Part shown: in pieces, positions 6,167 to 13,924 of the stretch
Numbering within the stretch: position 1 is the first letter of the stretch
Layout of the letters: each line of letters starts with the position of its first letter
DNA from: an uncultured Clostridia bacterium
Lineage (GTDB): Bacteria > Bacillota > Clostridia > Christensenellales > Aristaeellaceae
Assembly: GCA_937886445.1 (NCBI GenBank)
Contig: CALGBY010000097.1
Span: 1 to 25,795 of the forward strand
Direction of reading: 5' to 3'
Length of the DNA stretch: 25,795 nucleotides
The notes under the pieces: model-generated
Databases searched by the model: none
What the model saw: only the letters and a program-made list of their open reading frames with translations
What the model was told of the DNA's origin: nothing
Program-made: the position numbers and the translations under genes

Positions 6167-7936
6167 TCAGTATTTAACATCGGCATAGAAACGCAGATCC
6201 GTCAGATAGCACTTGTTCTGGTTCTCTGTACCGGTCTTGTAGGTATCAACAAACATTTCGATCCTCTCCACATCCTGATAGGTAGCAGAGAAAAGAATAT
6301 CCTGATAGCCCCGGACAAAATAATCCTTCAGTTTCAGATCTTCCTGATAGTGATTCCCATCGGCAGTATAAATTCTCAGATGGAATTTATATACCCACGC
6401 GTTCTTGAAGAATCTTGTCTCACCGTCGTTCCAGCCGTTGCGGATCCCGATGCCGCTCACCTGCTGATGATCAAAATAGAAGGTGAACTCGGGGATCTCA
6501 TCATGATACTCGCTCTTATAGATATACCAGGAGAAGAGCGTGTCCTCATTATCATCCGTCAGATTCGGCAGTTTTTCATAGCATTTCTGATTCAGCTCGT
6601 TCTTGCTGGTCTCGGGCTTGAACTGAGTATCCGACCAGGCAGGATAGATCACACCGTCCGGACCTACAGGCGGCTGAGTAGGTACCGGAGTAGGTTCTCG
6701 GGTAGGTCTTGGAGTAGGCGTGGGAGTCGGTACAGCGGTAGGCGTGGGCACAGGCGTAATCCTGGGGGTAGGTGTCACAACGGGAGTGGGTACCGGCGTG
6801 ATGGGCACACGGGTAGGCACCGGCGTGGGGGTGACATTCTCAATGATCCTGAAATAGCAGTCGATCAGAATATCCTGATTGCTTCTGGAACCGTTCACCG
6901 CGGAAGCGGTGATCCGGTACCGGTACAGACCGGGAGCCAGCTGACCGAATTTCAGCCGCCTGTTGATATCACCGCTGCCAAGCGTATAGCTCTGCGTATT
7001 CGGATATACCGTCACGCTCTGCGCGGCGCGGTTATTGTTATCTATGATCTCACCGCGTACCTCGGTAAGCCTTCCCACATCCGTATAAACAGTGCCGCGT
7101 ATGGAGAAGGACTGACCCTGCCGCATATCAGAGGGATAATTGGGGCCGGAAATGCCCAGCCGCGGTGTCTGAGCGGGCGGCACATAAGCCGTGGGAGTGG
7201 GCGTGCGGTAATAATAGTAGGTGGGAGTGGGGGTACGGTAGTAATAATATGTGGGGGTAGGCGTGCGGTAGTAGTAATAGGTGGGAGTAGGGGTACGATA
7301 ATAATAGGTGGGGGTAGGCGTGCGATAATAGTAGTAGGTAGGCGTAGGCGTACGGTAGTAATAATAAGTGGGGGTAGGCGTAGTGAACCGGTACGCGGTA
7401 GGAGTGGGCGTGCGGTAATAGTAATAAGTGGGAGTAGAAGCCGAGGGTGCGGCGCAGGTACAGGCGTAGGTGCTGAAAACAGACCATTCAGGGTAGCTTG
7501 CCCAGCCGCTGCAGCGATACAGAAAATCAGTAGTGGGATAGGTGGAAAGCACACTGTCCATCTCTGCCATCGTATAGGGCGTGGCCGTAACAAACCATGT
7601 TCCGGAGGTCGTGAAATTCAGCGTCAGCGTTTCATCGGTCCATTCATAATTCTGCGTCATTCCGTACGGGGAGGAAACACTCACATGATACATGGCAAAG
7701 GTGTTTTTCACACGCTGGGTGCTGTCCCAGTTGGACACCTGGATCAGGTTGCCTCTCGCGTCCTGGCGAAGCACGATATTGGCATTTGTGCCGTAGCAGG
7801 ATACAGTAAAGGTATAGGCCTGTCCGGCGTTTCCCTCCGGGGTGGACAGGTCCGCTCCGGCGCTCACCAGAAACAGACAGCTGAAAAGCACCGCGAACAG
7901 CACTGCCGTCATGATCCTTTTGAAATTTGCTTTCAT
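6167..7936 (-). CDS. Secreted multidomain protein: unknown N-terminal beta-rich domain, Tyr-rich decapeptide repeats, Ig-like domain, Pro/Thr linker, C-terminal discoidin/galactose-binding-like domain
   Basis: ORF track gives 6167..7975. I trimmed it to ATG 7936 (MKANFKRIMTAVLFAVLFSCLFLVSAGA, a signal peptide) with AAGGAAG RBS. The C-terminus (DDNEDTLFSW...VSGIGIRNGW...CYLTDLRFY) follows the pattern of F5/8-type-C-like glycan-binding domains common in Firmicutes surface proteins. Confidence 0.8.
   Translation of the reverse strand: MKANFKRIMTAVLFAVLFSCLFLVSAGADLSTPEGNAGQAYTFTVSCYGTNANIVLRQDARGNLIQVSNWDSTQRVKNTFAMYHVSVSSPYGMTQNYEWTDETLTLNFTTSGTWFVTATPYTMAEMDSVLSTYPTTDFLYRCSGWASYPEWSVFSTYACTCAAPSASTPTYYYYRTPTPTAYRFTTPTPTYYYYRTPTPTYYYYRTPTPTYYYRTPTPTYYYYRTPTPTYYYYRTPTPTYYYYRTPTPTAYVPPAQTPRLGISGPNYPSDMRQGQSFSIRGTVYTDVGRLTEVRGEIIDNNNRAAQSVTVYPNTQSYTLGSGDINRRLKFGQLAPGLYRYRITASAVNGSRSNQDILIDCYFRIIENVTPTPVPTRVPITPVPTPVVTPTPRITPVPTPTAVPTPTPTPRPTREPTPVPTQPPVGPDGVIYPAWSDTQFKPETSKNELNQKCYEKLPNLTDDNEDTLFSWYIYKSEYHDEIPEFTFYFDHQQVSGIGIRNGWNDGETRFFKNAWVYKFHLRIYTADGNHYQEDLKLKDYFVRGYQDILFSATYQDVERIEMFVDTYKTGTENQNKCYLTDLRFYADVKY
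6668..6832 (-). repeat. Low-complexity Pro/Thr/Val linker-coding region
   Basis: It encodes TPTPVPTRVPITPVPTPVVTPTPRITPVPTPTAVPTPTPTPRPTREPTPVPTQPP. It lies between the Ig-like and discoidin-like domains. Confidence 0.9.
7190..7435 (-). repeat. In-frame tandem coding repeat with 30-bp period: eight (YYYYRTPTPT)-type units
   Basis: The units read YYYYRTPTPT, AYRFTTPTPT, YYYYRTPTPT x2, YYYRTPTPT (27 bp), then YYYYRTPTPT x3. Units identical at protein level differ at synonymous third positions: Thr ACG/ACC/ACT/ACA, Pro CCC/CCT, Arg CGC/CGT, Tyr TAC/TAT. Confidence 0.95.
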
Positions 7937-7964
7937 TTCTCTGCTTCCTTTCTGCTGAAGGGAT

Positions 7965-7978
7965 CTGTTGTACAACAG
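7965..7978. promoter_or_regulatory. Perfect 14-bp palindrome in the predicted 5' UTR of the repeat-protein gene
   Basis: CTGTTGTACAACAG is self-complementary. It lies between the predicted -10 (8004-8009) and the RBS/ATG (7936). Confidence 0.5.
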
Positions 7979-8003
7979 GCTGCCTCAAGACCCCTTTAAT
8001 GAT

Positions 8004-8032
8004 AATATAGTGATTTGCCGCCGCATTGTCAA
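8004..8032 (-). promoter_or_regulatory. Promoter of the repeat-protein gene
   Basis: On the minus strand: TTGACA (8027-8032), 17 nt, TATATT (8004-8009). Confidence 0.6.
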
Positions 8033-8134
8033 TAGCGCCGCGCCTAATTTACATTTTACATTTCTGTTACTTTTCACGGCAGCCGTTCAGCAGAGCAAAA
8101 CCACATAATTTACATTTCCGCGCCGGCTTTCATA

Positions 8135-8163
8135 TTGATGACACGCGCCGCAGATGATATAAT
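8135..8163 (+). promoter_or_regulatory. Promoter of the 8204..9948 gene pair
   Basis: TTGATG (8135-8140), 17 nt, TATAAT (8158-8163). It lies about 40 nt upstream of GTG 8204. Confidence 0.6.
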
Positions 8164-8203
8164 CCCGATTGAGAAAACACATTGCCAAAGGGGATGAAAA
8201 ACA

Positions 8204-9187
8204 GTGTTCCGGAAACTGCATACTGAAGCCATAAAGCGGGCGGCTGCTTTCACGGCCGTGCTGCTTCTGCTCTTTTTCACATCAGCCGTATCGGCTGAAG
8301 AAGGCCGCTGCCACATCCTGCTCCTGATGACGGACGGTGATCCTTCTGTGTGTTTCGGAGAGGACCTGTACCCCGCCGCTTTCACAGAGACACGGCTCCG
8401 GGAAGCCGCGGCCGCGTTCTTCGGCGCGTGCATGACAGAGAGCACCGCCCGCGGCGCGCTGATAAAGGGAAGCGAAACGCCCGAAATACTGTGCGGTGTC
8501 ACGGGCAGTAAAGCAGAGCTGGTCGCCTCCGCGGAAAAGCTCACGGCTGAAAATGGCAAAAGAGATTTCTGCGCCGCGCTGACAGCCGCGGAAGACCTGC
8601 TGAAGACAAGCGGCAGCGAACGCGGCACCGTGACCATGGTATTCTCCCTGCCGCCGGACATCGGAAATACCGCTGCCGCCGGGCTTTATTCCGCCGCTTC
8701 CTTTCCCTTTGCCTCACCGGACGGGGCCTGGTACTTTCCCTATATGAACGCGGTACGCGGTCTGTGTGAAAGCCTCAGCTCAGGCTTTACCCTGAACGCG
8801 GTGCTTCTTCTCCCCTCCGTGCCTGTGAGCGGGAATGCCGGTGTTTTCTTTTCAAGCATGCAGGCCTTCGCCTCCGATATCACAAACGGCACCGTGACCG
8901 TCGCGCTCGGAGACGAGCAATTGCAGAACGCGCTTGTCAGCGCCGGTATGTCCGCATCCTTCGCGGGCAGAGCGGAAAGGATCGTTCCCGCCGCTTCTTC
9001 TTCAGCGTACCCATGGGCATACATCTGCGGCGGCGTAGCGCTGCTGATCCTCATCGCCGTGATCATTCTGATCATCGGAAAAGGACGCAGGCGTAAAAAG
9101 CGCCCGCGTCCCTATGATAAGCCTGCGAAGAGATCCTCCTCCCGCGCCTCCGGCTCACAGATCCCGCCGGATGACCAGGACTGGTAA
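8204..9187 (+). CDS. Signal-peptide protein with a C-terminal TM anchor and basic/Ser-rich cytoplasmic tail (possible degenerate VWA-like ectodomain)
   Basis: The start is GTG, with AAAGGGGA RBS about 9 nt upstream. The signal peptide is AAFTAVLLLLFFTSAVSA-EE, and the C-terminal anchor is ICGGVALLILIAVIILIIGKGRRRKKRPRP. ILLLMTDGDP resembles the VWA TDG strand, but no MIDAS DxSxS motif is seen. Confidence 0.7.
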   Translation: MFRKLHTEAIKRAAAFTAVLLLLFFTSAVSAEEGRCHILLLMTDGDPSVCFGEDLYPAAFTETRLREAAAAFFGACMTESTARGALIKGSETPEILCGVTGSKAELVASAEKLTAENGKRDFCAALTAAEDLLKTSGSERGTVTMVFSLPPDIGNTAAAGLYSAASFPFASPDGAWYFPYMNAVRGLCESLSSGFTLNAVLLLPSVPVSGNAGVFFSSMQAFASDITNGTVTVALGDEQLQNALVSAGMSASFAGRAERIVPAASSSAYPWAYICGGVALLILIAVIILIIGKGRRRKKRPRPYDKPAKRSSSRASGSQIPPDDQDW

Positions 9188-9219
9188 AGTGACACACATA
9201 TAAACGGAGCCGAAAAGCC

Positions 9220-9948
9220 ATGGATAAAACGATCATCTTTGAAACAGAAAACGCCGGTATGCCCGTTCGTGCCTGCTACACGCAAAAGAACACAGAGGAG
9301 GTTTTCCTTCCCCTTCTGCAGAAGCTCATGGACATCCGGAAGGAAAAGGGCCGCCGTATCCTAATCTTTCTCGCTGCTCCTCCGGCCGCCGGAAAAAGCA
9401 CGCTCGCGGCATATCTTGCCTCCCTCTGCCCCGGTCTCACAGTGCTCCCGATGGACGGCTTTCACCGCCCGCAGGCCTGGCTTCTTACACACACCGTGCA
9501 GCGAAACGGAAAACAGCTTCCCGCCGTATCCGTAAAGGGTGCCCCGGACACCTTTGATCTTGAAAAGCTGGCTAAGTATATCCGCTGTGCCGCCGGCGGG
9601 GAGGAATTCGGCTGGCCCGTGTATGACCGCAAAACGCATGATCCGCGCGAAAACGGCGTTACCGTTCAGGGTGATATCCTGCTCATCGAGGGCAATTACC
9701 TGCTGCTGGACAGGCCCGGATGGCGGGAGTTGCGCCGTTATGCCGATTATTCTGTATTTATCCGTGCCGGTGAAGCGCTTCTCAGGCCGAGACTGGTCGA
9801 AAGAAAGATCGCGCTCGGAAAAACAAGCGCAGAGGCGGAGCGCTTTGCGGACGAAAGCGATCTTGTAAACGCCCGTCTGGTGCTGGAGAACAGTCTTCCC
9901 GCCGATGTTTCTCTCACGCTTCTTGAAAACGGTACCTACAGCCTGTAA
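9220..9948 (+). CDS. P-loop nucleoside/nucleotide kinase family protein (uridine kinase/PRK/PanK-like fold)
   Basis: Walker A is present (LAAPPAAGKSTLA), followed by MDGFH and LIEGNYLLLD, which are typical of the PRK/uridine-kinase-like family. The gene begins 32 nt after the upstream stop and has an ACGGAG RBS. Confidence 0.75.
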   Translation: MDKTIIFETENAGMPVRACYTQKNTEEVFLPLLQKLMDIRKEKGRRILIFLAAPPAAGKSTLAAYLASLCPGLTVLPMDGFHRPQAWLLTHTVQRNGKQLPAVSVKGAPDTFDLEKLAKYIRCAAGGEEFGWPVYDRKTHDPRENGVTVQGDILLIEGNYLLLDRPGWRELRRYADYSVFIRAGEALLRPRLVERKIALGKTSAEAERFADESDLVNARLVLENSLPADVSLTLLENGTYSL

Positions 9949-10005
9949 ACGCATATGCCCCGTATTCCCGGCCGGCCCCCGGCAAACGCTCCAACCCGCG
10001 TAATT

Positions 10006-10040
10006 AAAGAGACCGTGATCAATTTCACGGTCTCTTTTTT
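10006..10040. terminator. Bidirectional rho-independent terminator between convergent genes
   Basis: Arms AAAGAGACCGTG (10006-10017) and CACGGTCTCTTT (10026-10037) are followed by a T-run. It lies between the stops at 9948 (+) and 10058 (-). Confidence 0.8.
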
Positions 10041-10057
10041 GCCGGACTCTGCCTTCG

Positions 10058-11101
10058 TTAAGCGGCTCCGTCCTTTTCCTTGTTTGCTTCCATACGCTGG
10101 GGAGCATCCTTATAATCTCCCAGCACTTCAAACATGTTCCACGCGCTCTTATAATTGCCCGCGTTCTCCATTTCACCGGCGGCGATATACAGCATTTCAC
10201 GGCAGCCCTCGGCTCTTTCCTCGCTGTTCTTCACACCGACAAGCTGGTCAAATTCGTCTGCCAGTTCGATAAGTGATACCCAGTTGATCTTCTTGCACTT
10301 TTCATCATAGATGCTGGGCACACCTTTGCCGCAGTATTCCTCATCGGTCGGGTGCTCCATCGCGTCCGCGATCTCCTGCTGCTTCTTGCTGGCCGTGCAG
10401 AAACGCACCAGCAAATCAGCACCTTCCGTTCCGCTCACATAGGTAAGCCCGTTCAGCGCGCTGTCCCAGTCCTGACTGTCGATATCGGCATCCACAGCGT
10501 TAAGAACGGCATTGCTGTTCTCAATACGCAGGCTCTCGCTGTCCTGATAGCCCTCCATCATCTGCAGGCAAAGCACGGCGTTTCCGGTGATCTCATAATC
10601 CGCCGTTCCGTTCTGGGTACCGATCAGCGCGGTCACAGCGTCATACGCCTTCAAGCGGCACTGTTCCGCCAGCTCCGTGCTGTTGAGCGTACCGGGAATG
10701 CTGTCCAGCTGTTTGGCGGCTCCCACCCAAGCGGTCACAGCTTTTTTCACATCATTTCCGTCCGCGGGGTTCTTCAGCTCTGTTTCCGCGCTCTGGCAGG
10801 CGGTAAAGTAGGTCACCATGTCTCCGCTGTCCCGGATGCAATACAGATCCAGCTCCTTCAGCGCGTTCACGGCGTCCTTGTAATTCTTTTCCTGTCCGTT
10901 CGCAACCGCGGCGGCATAGTCTGAAAGCTGCTTCGCGTCCTTAAAGAAGCCAAGCTCCGAAAAGGCTTCCGCCGCTTCGGCGTATCTGCCTTCTTCCAGG
11001 ATCCTGAGAGCGTCGGCATACTGTTCTCCCCCATTGCCTTCGCAGGCGCAGAGCAGTACGAGCATAAGGGCAAGAAACAGGCAAAGCAATGTCTTTTTCA
11101 T
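10058..11101 (-). CDS. Probable lipoprotein with TPR-like G-x-Y-x2-A-x3-F-x2-LG-x-[YF]KDA repeats
   Basis: The N-terminus MKKTLLCLFLALMLVLLCAC-EGNG carries a lipobox-like LCAC. The repeated motif is EEGRYAEAAEAFSELGFFKDA near the N-terminus and NAGNYKSAWNMFEVLGDYKDA at the C-terminus. Confidence 0.75.
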   Translation of the reverse strand: MKKTLLCLFLALMLVLLCACEGNGGEQYADALRILEEGRYAEAAEAFSELGFFKDAKQLSDYAAAVANGQEKNYKDAVNALKELDLYCIRDSGDMVTYFTACQSAETELKNPADGNDVKKAVTAWVGAAKQLDSIPGTLNSTELAEQCRLKAYDAVTALIGTQNGTADYEITGNAVLCLQMMEGYQDSESLRIENSNAVLNAVDADIDSQDWDSALNGLTYVSGTEGADLLVRFCTASKKQQEIADAMEHPTDEEYCGKGVPSIYDEKCKKINWVSLIELADEFDQLVGVKNSEERAEGCREMLYIAAGEMENAGNYKSAWNMFEVLGDYKDAPQRMEANKEKDGAA

Positions 11102-11158
11102 ATGATTACCATCCTTCGTGGATTTGTTTTCCGGGGGTTGATATCCGCCCCAGATCCG

Positions 11159-12832
11159 TCATTTATCAAAGCTGTTCTGTTTGAAGGCCCTGCGCTCCGC
11201 GGCATAGGCAGTAACGAATCTGTAGCAGTTGATCAGGCCCGCGAGCATGATCACGGCATACAGCACAAGGTACAGAAGATAGAGTGTGGAATAATGGAAC
11301 GGCCTTGCGAGGCAGAATACCAGGAACCCGAAAATTCCGTACAGTACGGCGCCAAAGCCGGTCCAGGCCTCGTCCTTTTTGAGGATCAGCAGGGTGATGA
11401 GCACAGCGCTCGCCACGATGATCAAAAGCACATACTTGCTCATGGAACGGATATCCACGGTATCCGCGGTATCGATATCGGCAGACCAGTTTGAATTGAA
11501 GAGGCTGCCTTTCGCGATCGCCTTGTCTTCATTGCGCATTTCATTCTGCGCACGGTAAGCCACCTTATCGGGGAAGCTTTCGTCCACATAGTTGACCAGC
11601 TTTTTCAGATCATCCTTCTTCGCGATCAGATCATTCACGGTCTTTTGCTTGAAGGCATCCTTTTCGGCGGCGATCTTCGCGATACCGCCATCCCAGTCCA
11701 CGATCTTGGTGGTTTCAAGCGTTCCGAAGAGATCAAACGCGGAAACGGTGGTATCGCCCTTCTTATCCACCTTGGTGGTCCACATCGGGGCAAACAGCAG
11801 CGCCACGCATGCGACCGTCAGCAGCAGACAGATGATGTTTGCGGAGGTGGGATAGGTGCCGCGCTTTGAACATACAAAGTTGGCAAAACGGAGCGCGCCC
11901 ACCAGAAGCAGCAGCAGCGCACACAGCAGACCGCCCTCAAAAGCAACGGTGCTGTGCCAGAAAACGCGGTTTGTCAGGATCGTGTAGGTCGCCGCGGCAC
12001 CGGCCGCCAGCTGTACGAAGCCGGTCCACGAGGAACGGCGGAAAACCACGGAGAGCAGCAGCGTCAGCACACACATGATCAATACGATCGCGGGGCTGGC
12101 AAGCCTGATGATACCGAAATCGGCGTTTTTCGCTTCCAGCAGATAGGGGTTGGTGGCAGCGGTGGTGCCGGCATCACGCACGGAGAGAAGAGAAGTGTTG
12201 TTATCCGCGTTCAGCGGGAACACCAGGATGATCAGCGCCAGCGCCAGAGCGGCGCATACCAGGTTCAGAGGCAGATTTACGCTGCCCTTAAGACGGGAAG
12301 CAAAGGCGGCAAGGTACATCACGGCACCCAGCAGCAGCAGTACACCGCAGCAGGCAAAGGAGATGTAGGCGATCACTCCGCCCAAAAGCAGCGCCGGGCA
12401 GGAAAGGTACGCCCACACGCCGATGATACCGGTAAACAAAATACCGATCGAAGGCTTATCGCTTCTCAGCGCGATAAAGATGAACACAAAGGTGATAAGC
12501 GCCACGGCGCCCAGCACACATACCGGCACCGTTACAGCGGCGGAATGCGCGCAGTAGCTTTCCTCATCAAAGGCAAAGCCCGCTTTGTTGTCGACCGCTC
12601 CGGCCGTTTCGTCCAGAATGTGCAGATGCACATTTCCGATCGCCTCAGCCTTATCGGAATCCGTATTCGCGGGGTTGACGGTCATATACTGGAAAAGGGT
12701 GGCACTGCCTTCCTTGTCCGTTCCGGTAAATTTGAAATAAGGCGTAAACATGCCGGCCGCCAGCATTCCAAGCACGGCCGCAATCAGCACCGCGCTGATG
12801 ATATTCAGTATCAGCTGTGATTTTTTACTCAT
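11159..12832 (-). CDS. Polytopic membrane protein, unknown family (long paralog)
   Basis: ORF track gives 11159..12859. I prefer ATG 12832 (MSKKSQL) because GAGGAG/GGGAAG lies upstream, and I saw no RBS before 12859. There are more than 10 predicted TM helices. The N-terminal ~330 aa are paralogous to the upstream gene (GIIGVWAYLSCPALLLGGVIAY vs GIAGVWAFLCAPVLLAGGVLAY; LVCAALALALIILVFPL vs LACAALVALIILFVFPV). A ~110-aa charged non-membrane insert separates this region from 3 further TMs. Confidence 0.8.
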   Translation of the reverse strand: MSKKSQLILNIISAVLIAAVLGMLAAGMFTPYFKFTGTDKEGSATLFQYMTVNPANTDSDKAEAIGNVHLHILDETAGAVDNKAGFAFDEESYCAHSAAVTVPVCVLGAVALITFVFIFIALRSDKPSIGILFTGIIGVWAYLSCPALLLGGVIAYISFACCGVLLLLGAVMYLAAFASRLKGSVNLPLNLVCAALALALIILVFPLNADNNTSLLSVRDAGTTAATNPYLLEAKNADFGIIRLASPAIVLIMCVLTLLLSVVFRRSSWTGFVQLAAGAAATYTILTNRVFWHSTVAFEGGLLCALLLLLVGALRFANFVCSKRGTYPTSANIICLLLTVACVALLFAPMWTTKVDKKGDTTVSAFDLFGTLETTKIVDWDGGIAKIAAEKDAFKQKTVNDLIAKKDDLKKLVNYVDESFPDKVAYRAQNEMRNEDKAIAKGSLFNSNWSADIDTADTVDIRSMSKYVLLIIVASAVLITLLILKKDEAWTGFGAVLYGIFGFLVFCLARPFHYSTLYLLYLVLYAVIMLAGLINCYRFVTAYAAERRAFKQNSFDK

Positions 12833-12905
12833 AAACGCTTCCCGCTCCTCTCCGGTCATTCCGGCTGTATATTGATGGCTGTTATCCTTTCAGTGATCCG
12901 ATCCA

Positions 12906-13862
12906 TTAAGCGTTTTTGCCGCTCAGCAGTGTTTTCAACGCGCGAAGCAGAGAAACGGCGATCAGGAGCATGGACGCGGCCATTCCCAATTCAAGCGCTG
13001 AGGCGGAGCCGTAATAGGTGCGGTTGACAAGCAGCATGCACAGTGTCCATACACCGGACACGAGAGAGATCACCCAAGAGAACTTCCATCCGCGTACAAG
13101 CAGCAGCGCGATCAGGGATGCGGCGCATATACCCAGCACGAATACAGGACGCACGCAAAGGTTGAGTCCGCTGTAATCGGGCTGTGCGTTCAGCGCGGTG
13201 GCGCCGACCGTGTTCACATCAAACATAACGCCTGTTTCTGTAAAGGAGACAGGGAATACAAACAGGATGATCAGCGCAACAAGCGCCGCGCAGGCCAGAG
13301 AAAGCGGGCCGGCGTCCTTCTTCCCCGCAAGAGAAGCATACCAGCACAGCGTAAGCGCGAAGCCGGCAAGCAGCAGCAGTACATACAGCGCCAGTATCAC
13401 ATAGGCAAGTACGCCACCCGCCAGCAGCACGGGAGCGCACAGGAAGGCCCATACGCCGGCGATACCGTCCAGCATGAGTACAATGCCCGGCACGCATGTC
13501 CTGATCTTCCACACACTGAGCGCGACTGTGATCACATTCATCGCGAAAAGGACGATCACAGGCACCGCCTCACGGGTGATGAAATCGGTACGGGTACCGT
13601 CGCTTTCACCGTAATCCTGAGCGCCTTCCTCATAGCGGATAAAATAGCTGTTCAGGTTTTTAGCATAATCCTCGGTAGGCCTCAGGGCATAATCGATCAT
13701 GGAATTCTGCTTGATCTCAGTCACCTTTTCCAGGCCAGTACCCACTGACGCGCTGAATTTAACAGGCGGATAGTACGGAACGAACATCAGCGCGATCAGT
13801 ACCGCCGCGATCAGGATACCCGAGAGATGAATGATCATTCTCGTTTTGCCGTTCATTGTCAT
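12906..13862 (-). CDS. Polytopic membrane protein, unknown family (short paralog)
   Basis: GGGGAGGA RBS lies 8 nt upstream of ATG 13862. There are about 8 TM helices. See the paralogy evidence in the previous feature. Confidence 0.8.
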   Translation of the reverse strand: MTMNGKTRMIIHLSGILIAAVLIALMFVPYYPPVKFSASVGTGLEKVTEIKQNSMIDYALRPTEDYAKNLNSYFIRYEEGAQDYGESDGTRTDFITREAVPVIVLFAMNVITVALSVWKIRTCVPGIVLMLDGIAGVWAFLCAPVLLAGGVLAYVILALYVLLLLAGFALTLCWYASLAGKKDAGPLSLACAALVALIILFVFPVSFTETGVMFDVNTVGATALNAQPDYSGLNLCVRPVFVLGICAASLIALLLVRGWKFSWVISLVSGVWTLCMLLVNRTYYGSASALELGMAASMLLIAVSLLRALKTLLSGKNA

Positions 13863-13924
13863 TTGGTATTCCTCCCCAGGAAATGATGAATATAGGCGTT
13901 TGTACCTGCCAAAATATCATTATA

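Noticed and set aside
7190-7435. A regular 30-bp periodicity that could be mistaken for a CRISPR array or satellite
   Set aside because: The units are contiguous with no unique spacers. They are in frame within a long ORF and are conserved at the amino-acid level rather than the DNA level. No cas genes are present.
7042-7593. Two additional minus-strand ORFs (183 aa and 119 aa) in alternative frames across the repeat
   Set aside because: The frames are open only because of the repeat periodicity. They have no RBS or start context and are nested within the supported gene.
7965-7978. Possible SOS/LexA box, considered because an SRAP gene is in the window
   Set aside because: The Firmicutes LexA box is CGAAC-N4-GTTCG, and the E. 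coli type is CTG-N10-CAG. This palindrome is CTG-N8-CAG and lies 4 kb from the SRAP gene on a different transcription unit.
6044-7999. 651-codon + strand ORF antisense to the repeat-protein gene
   Set aside because: Its composition is R/G/I-rich and mirrors the PT and Tyr repeats of the opposite strand. It spans a terminator hairpin and a promoter, and has no RBS. The minus-strand gene has a signal peptide, an RBS, a promoter and a terminator.
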